Below are positions 55,985 to 60,403 of a stretch of DNA of 60,403 nt, one piece after another. The notes beneath the pieces were generated by a model. That model made no database searches, had not been told where the DNA came from, and saw only the letters and a program-made list of their open reading frames with translations. Position 1 is the stretch's first letter; each line of letters starts with the position of its first letter. Position numbers and translations under genes: made by a program. The DNA comes from Firmicutes bacterium CAG:582 (GTDB lineage Bacteria > Bacillota_I > Bacilli_A > RF39 > UBA660). Where the stretch lies: the NCBI GenBank assembly GCA_000435515.1, contig FR884157.1:17920-78322 (forward strand), written 5' to 3'.

Positions 55985-57033
55985 TATACTTCACCATCCT
56001 TTCTATCAAAATTTTCTACTTCTCTTAAATCCAAGTTATAGAACGTTCTTATATCTTTTATTCCATATTTCAACATAGCTATTCTTTCAGCACCAAAACC
56101 AAAAGCAAATCCTGACCAAACATTTGGATCATATCCACAATTTCTTAAAACGTTTGGATGAACAAGACCTGCTCCACCAATTGTAATCCAACCAGTACTT
56201 TTACATAAAGTACAACCTTTTCCACGACATTCAAAACATTCGATATCCATTTCTACACTAGGTTCTGTAAATTGATAATATGAAGGGCGAAATCTTGTTT
56301 TAAGCTCACTTCCAAACATATTTTGAGCAAGTACATCAAACGTTCCTTTTAAATCACATAAACTGATATCTTTATCAACAAGCAATCCTTCTATTTGCAT
56401 AAATTGATGTGAATGTGTTGCATCATCATCATCTCTTCTATAAGTTTTACCAGGACAAATCATTCTTATTGGAGTTTTACCCTCACCTTTTAACATTGTT
56501 CTTGCTTGAACTGGACTAGTTTGACTTCTAAGCAAAATTTCATTGTCTTTTATATAGAAAGTATCTTGAGCATCTCTTGCTGCATGACCTTTTGGAATAT
56601 TTAAAAGCTCAAAGTTAAATCTATCCTCTTCTATTTCTGGTCCATCTACAACATCATATCCCATAGACATAAATATGCTTTCAACATTTTCGATAACTCT
56701 TTCCAAAATATTTGCACGTCCAAAATTAAATTTTGTACTTGGTAAAGTAACATCTATTCTTTCATTTGCAAGTTTTTCATTTAAAGTCTTTAGCTTTAAA
56801 TCATTTTCACATTTTTCAATTATAGTTGAAACTTCACTTTTCAAAGTATTAGCTAAAGCACCTACTTCTTTTCTTTCATCAATGCTTAAATCCTTCATAT
56901 TTTTAGTCAACTCAGTAATACATCCTGATTTACCGATATATTTAGCTTTTAATTCAACAATATCTTGTAGATTATTAACTAAACTTATATCTGTTTGTAA
57001 ATTACTTTTAATAGTTTCACATTTTTCTTTCAT
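55984..57033 (-). CDS. pheS: phenylalanine--tRNA ligase alpha subunit
   Basis: Class II motifs ...HPARD.QDTFY..., ..LLR.QTSPVQ.R.M......P.R.I.PG..YR.D.DATHSH.F.Q.EGL.V..., GFAFG.G.ERIAML.YGI.DIR. Confidence 0.95.
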   Translation of the reverse strand: MKEKCETIKSNLQTDISLVNNLQDIVELKAKYIGKSGCITELTKNMKDLSIDERKEVGALANTLKSEVSTIIEKCENDLKLKTLNEKLANERIDVTLPSTKFNFGRANILERVIENVESIFMSMGYDVVDGPEIEEDRFNFELLNIPKGHAARDAQDTFYIKDNEILLRSQTSPVQARTMLKGEGKTPIRMICPGKTYRRDDDDATHSHQFMQIEGLLVDKDISLCDLKGTFDVLAQNMFGSELKTRFRPSYYQFTEPSVEMDIECFECRGKGCTLCKSTGWITIGGAGLVHPNVLRNCGYDPNVWSGFAFGFGAERIAMLKYGIKDIRTFYNLDLREVENFDRKDGEV

Positions 57034-57050
57034 AAACTTTCCCTCCTAAA

Positions 57051-57262
57051 CAAAAAAAGCCATGACTTAAGGACGGATAAATCCGTGGTACCACCTTAAT
57101 TCATGACTTATAATCATCTCAATATTTCTTAACGCGAAATCACGGTTTATGCTCCTGTGTTGAAATTCATAATACAACCTTATTTAAGATACTTTCAGCC
57201 GATGATATCCACTCTCTAAAAATGTATTATATTATTACTTGACGCACATTCATCGCATCACT
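57051..57262 (-). promoter_or_regulatory. T-box riboswitch leader of pheST
   Basis: The minus strand carries an AGAGAG box, a possible UUC(A) specifier (plus-strand gaa at 57162-57164), the T-box core aaGGTGGTACCACG (57084-57095), and a terminator helix gtcatgaattaagg/ccttaagtcatg followed by T7. Confidence 0.8.
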
Positions 57263-57268
57263 AATGCT

Positions 57269-57297
57269 AGTTTACATCATAATTTAGTTTAAGTCAA
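57269..57297 (-). promoter_or_regulatory. sigma-A promoter for the pheST leader
   Basis: Minus strand reads TTGACT, 17 nt, TAAACT. Confidence 0.55.
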
Positions 57298-57300
57298 TCA

Positions 57301-57327
57301 AAAAAAACTTGCCTAAGCAAGTCTTTT
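57301..57327 (-). terminator. intrinsic terminator of the upstream transporter gene
   Basis: acttgc-ctaa-gcaagt, flanked by A7 on the plus strand (T7 on the minus strand). It lies immediately after the stop at 57328. Confidence 0.7.
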
Positions 57328-58779
57328 TTATATAACCATTAATATTATTAAAATAATGATAATTACTACTAATAATGATAATAAGAATTTCCAAATATGT
57401 TTAAACCATTCTTTTAATGAAATATCAAACATTGATAAACCAAATACAAGAATAGCACTTGTTGGAGCAATGAAACCTACTAATCCATAAGCTGCTTGTA
57501 AAGCAAATGCAGCAGCATTTAAATTACTAAATCCACTAAATGCACCAGCAATTAAGGAAACAACATATTGGAAGTCTACTGCAAATACAGTTGTTAAGAT
57601 ACTAGAAATAAATATAGTAGCTATATTAGTACCCATACCAAGAATTAAACTTACAAGTCCTGGAACTCTTGGATAAATAACGCTTATTTCAAGTACAGTA
57701 TAAACAGCAACTAGTAATGCAAGTGGTTTTCCAATAGCTTTGAATCCACTAACGAATTCTTCAACTACTTTACTAAATGGAATTCTATAGATGAATTTAA
57801 TTACCATACTAGCGATTAAAATTAATCCACCACCGATAAATAAATCCCAACTACCAAATGCAGCTAATGTTCCGCCTAATATATGAGAATATACTTTAGA
57901 ATTAAATAATTCTGCATCTTGAATCCAAGCTAAAGCATCTTTAAATGCGGTTACTCCAAATGCACCTTCCCAACCAATATATGCTAATATTAAACTTACG
58001 AAAAGAATAATAATACATACTACTAGTGGTAATACTTTAACATTCTTTTTATTTGCTGCTTTAACTTCTTCACCAATAAATGGATCAATTAAAGCATTTT
58101 CCTTTGTTCCTTGAACTTTATTCATTCTTACAAAAGTAAAGAACATAAGTAATGCATAAGCAATTACAAAAAGAATAATTGTTGCAAGTAATTCATTACC
58201 ATAACTTACTCCTAACCCAGTAGAAGTATTAGCAAGTTGACCACTGATTTTTACAGAATAAGTTGCTCCTAAAATACCAACTAAAACTGCTCCAAATGTT
58301 GCAGTAACACCACTTACTTTATCAACCTTTAATTTGCTTAAAATTGATATTACAAATGGAATAAGAGCAAATATTGCAAATTGTTCAGTACTTACACCTG
58401 AAATACAAGCAATAATAAATGCAGCAATACCTACAAATATTTTTTCCTTTCCTTCAAATTTTTTTGCAATGTTATCAGTTAGTTTTTGATATGCAGCAGT
58501 TGAACCTAATAATTTATAGAATCCTGCAACTACAAATGCAAATACAAATATAGTTGTAAAATAATAAATTACTAGTTGTCCATAAGTAGTTATATCAAAT
58601 AAACCTACTCTTGTATCATTTGCAGTAGATGCAAATAATCCGAATTTTTCTGCATAACTTAATCCAAGTTTACCATTACTATAATATGCTTCTGGAAAAA
58701 TCCAAGAAAGAATAATAGCAATAAATAAAGTGATTAATGCTCCAACTAATAAACTATGCTTTTCACATAATTTCTTCAT
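57328..58779 (-). CDS. YfcC/DcuC-superfamily membrane transporter (tentative)
   Basis: 483 aa and polytopic. The N-terminal ..ILSWIFPEAYY.. and glycine-rich helices resemble YfcC-type carriers. Confidence 0.45.
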   Translation of the reverse strand: MKKLCEKHSLLVGALITLFIAIILSWIFPEAYYSNGKLGLSYAEKFGLFASTANDTRVGLFDITTYGQLVIYYFTTIFVFAFVVAGFYKLLGSTAAYQKLTDNIAKKFEGKEKIFVGIAAFIIACISGVSTEQFAIFALIPFVISILSKLKVDKVSGVTATFGAVLVGILGATYSVKISGQLANTSTGLGVSYGNELLATIILFVIAYALLMFFTFVRMNKVQGTKENALIDPFIGEEVKAANKKNVKVLPLVVCIIILFVSLILAYIGWEGAFGVTAFKDALAWIQDAELFNSKVYSHILGGTLAAFGSWDLFIGGGLILIASMVIKFIYRIPFSKVVEEFVSGFKAIGKPLALLVAVYTVLEISVIYPRVPGLVSLILGMGTNIATIFISSILTTVFAVDFQYVVSLIAGAFSGFSNLNAAAFALQAAYGLVGFIAPTSAILVFGLSMFDISLKEWFKHIWKFLLSLLVVIIIILIILMVI

Positions 58780-58891
58780 TATTCTAACCTCCTATACCAA
58801 TTATAACACATTATCAAGTATGTAAATATTTTTTTTATTGATATTCATAAAAAAAATACTCTTTCATAGTATTAATTAGAGGTGAAAATTA

Positions 58892-59230
58892 ATGAACGGA
58901 ACATATTATCCAAATCCAACATTTCCAAACAATATGAATGGATATGATAATTCAATGGAAGAAGTTTCATCAAATCAAGTTAACAATGATGAACAAAGTT
59001 ACATTGAAAATATTTTAAGAATGAATAAAGGAAAAAAATGTAAGGTATTCGCATCTTTCCCAGATAGTACTGAATGGCGAGATCGAATATATGACGGCAT
59101 TATTGAACAAGCAGGAAAAGACCATTTAGTGATGTCAAGTCCAGAAACAGGGGACTGGTATTTAATACCACTTATTTATTTTAACTGGGTTGAATTTGAA
59201 GAACCAATCAACTATATTAAAACATTTTAG
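58892..59230 (+). CDS. gerQ: spore coat protein GerQ
   Basis: SYIENILRMNKGKK..VF.SF..S.EWRD....G.IEQAGKDHLV.S.P.TGDWYLIP.IY...VEFEE.INY matches the GerQ/YwdL core. Confidence 0.7.
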   Translation: MNGTYYPNPTFPNNMNGYDNSMEEVSSNQVNNDEQSYIENILRMNKGKKCKVFASFPDSTEWRDRIYDGIIEQAGKDHLVMSSPETGDWYLIPLIYFNWVEFEEPINYIKTF

Positions 59231-59741
59231 AAAAATATTCTAAGTTTTTTCTTTCATCTCCAATCGTTGTAGATAAATAATGACCTGGATATAATCTAAT
59301 AGAATCATCATATGAAAGTATTGTTTCAATACTTTTTTTCATATCTATTTCATTTCCACCTAAATCTGTTCTACCAATTGAACCATTAAACACAAAATCA
59401 CCAACGAACATAACATTATCATCCTTAAAATAGACACTTATAGAATCATCAGTGTGGCCAGGCGTGGGAATTACTCTAAAAGTAAATACTCCAATATTAT
59501 TTTCTTCTTTTAAATTACTATAATCATATACTTTAGCATTATAATAGTTTTTAATACTTTCAAGTGCACCAACATGATCAAAATGATGATGAGTAATAAT
59601 TATTCCAACAACTTCACCAGCTATACTTTCAATAATTTTATTTGCTTCATCTCCTGGATCAATTATCAAAATTTCTCCATCTTTTTCAAGTATATAACAA
59701 TTAGTTTCTAAACTTCCTACAACAACACTTTTTATCTTCAT
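59217..59741 (-). CDS. MBL-fold metallo-hydrolase
   Basis: ITHHHFDHVGA (HxHxDH), ..TPGHT.. and ..GD.VF..SIGR.D. Confidence 0.8.
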   Translation of the reverse strand: MKIKSVVVGSLETNCYILEKDGEILIIDPGDEANKIIESIAGEVVGIIITHHHFDHVGALESIKNYYNAKVYDYSNLKEENNIGVFTFRVIPTPGHTDDSISVYFKDDNVMFVGDFVFNGSIGRTDLGGNEIDMKKSIETILSYDDSIRLYPGHYLSTTIGDERKNLEYFSKMF

Positions 59742-59791
59742 TCTTATTTCCTTTCTAAAAAAATCATGATATACTTACCATAGGTGGTAAC

Positions 59792-60319
59792 ATGATTAAA
59801 ATAATATTAACAATTATAATTGTAATATCATTATTAACACTTTTGTTTATTTCATTATACACGAAAATATTAGTTTCTAAAACAAGAGTTTTAAAAGCCG
59901 AAAAAGAAATTGAAGATGAACTAAATAAAAGATATAAAATAATAGAAGAAATGAAACCAATAATTGAAAAATCAACGAAAAAAGAAATAAAAGACTTTAA
60001 AGAGTTAGAGGATTTAAAGAAAACTAATGTTTCTACATTTGATATTGATGCTAAAATTGAAACAACAATTCAAACTATAGAGATAATTAGAAATGATTAT
60101 CCTAAATTAGATAAGAAAAAAGATTTTAAAGAATTAGTGACTAAATTAGAAGAATCAACAACATATATAAATGCAGCTAAATCATATTTTAATAGTTATA
60201 ATAAGAATCTACTTACATATTCTAGAAAATTTCCAACAAATATAATGTGTTTAATTATGAAGATTAAAAAGAAACCTTATTATGAAGGAAAAGATGTTTT
60301 TAGTGATATAGACATTTAG
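59792..60319 (+). CDS. LemA-family membrane protein
   Basis: N-terminal TM helix. ...A.K.I.DELNKRY..I....P......DYPKL......F..L...LE.....I..A...FN.YN......FP.N. Confidence 0.55.
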   Translation: MIKIILTIIIVISLLTLLFISLYTKILVSKTRVLKAEKEIEDELNKRYKIIEEMKPIIEKSTKKEIKDFKELEDLKKTNVSTFDIDAKIETTIQTIEIIRNDYPKLDKKKDFKELVTKLEESTTYINAAKSYFNSYNKNLLTYSRKFPTNIMCLIMKIKKKPYYEGKDVFSDIDI

Positions 60320-60403
60320 TCTATATTTTTTTTGCAAATAAAAATGTTGATAACACACATATTATCAACATTTTTTATATTATTTATTAATTTTATAAGT
60401 AAG

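Noticed and set aside
1894-57049. About 30 short ORFs from the six-frame track lie antisense to, or nested inside, well-supported genes. Examples are 1894-2163, 10452-10679, 11833-12219, 12645-12869, 14071-14448, 17380-17790, 17985-18248, 20640-20900, 21425-21622, 30011-30202, 34014-34199, 35140-35367, 38386-38628, 41399-41647, 42287-42625, 43823-44083, 47053-47304, 48419-48634, 51392-51646, 53760-53966 and 56675-57049.
   Set aside because: They have low-complexity, F/L/I/S-rich translations typical of the reverse frame of AT-rich genes. They lack SD sequences, and the opposite strand carries a motif-supported protein.
1-60403. I searched by eye for CRISPR arrays, tRNA or rRNA genes, and IS elements with transposases.
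   Set aside because: No regularly spaced direct repeats, no tRNA-like or rRNA-like GC-rich segments and no transposase-like ORFs were seen. A tRNAscan, Infernal or CRISPR-finder run would be needed to exclude small RNAs formally.

Overview
This is a very AT-rich, low-GC Firmicutes-type chromosome segment, with almost all genes on the minus strand. The host is probably an endospore former, because a GerQ spore-coat gene is present. parA/parB, DUF951, mscS and pheST suggest an origin-proximal core neighbourhood.

Layout:
- 0.1-13.5 kb holds envelope and housekeeping genes: a SNase-type thermonuclease, U32 peptidase, GT2, an LCP protein and a thioredoxin-like protein.
- 13.5-33 kb is an accessory and decaying region organised around one cell-wall amidase gene (Amidase_3 plus 3 LysM repeats). 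That gene has been hit twice.
  - A 2.1-kb three-gene cassette (AbiEi-like / Bro-N DinD-like / 113 aa) sits between 28-bp direct repeats that duplicate the amidase 3' end and terminator.
  - A ~12.8-kb element (16363-29131) with 21-bp inverted termini and a large serine recombinase is inserted inside the Amidase_3 domain. Joining the flanks at a shared CC dinucleotide restores the reading frame.
- The element carries no phage structural genes. Its cargo is a tightly packed six-gene operon (AbiEi-like, 101-aa protein, degenerate-motif Fic, FokI-like tandem Dam methyltransferase, HNH endonuclease, PD-(D/E)xK/QxxxY nuclease) and a divergent DUF3892 / ABC-type ATPase pair.
- Right of the element lie a HEPN-like gene and three adjacent pseudogenes (flavodoxin, aldo/keto reductase, MerR).
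- 33.6-40 kb is a CsoR-promoted copper efflux operon that continues without breaks into cysteine desulfurase and a TtcA-like PP-loop enzyme.
- 40-60 kb is core genome: NlpC/P60, mgtE, abgT, mscS, a Tam41-like gene, parBA, a triplicated TPR gene family, T-box-controlled pheST, gerQ and LemA.

I saw no rRNA, tRNA or CRISPR array. All functional calls rest on motif recognition by eye; no database search was run.
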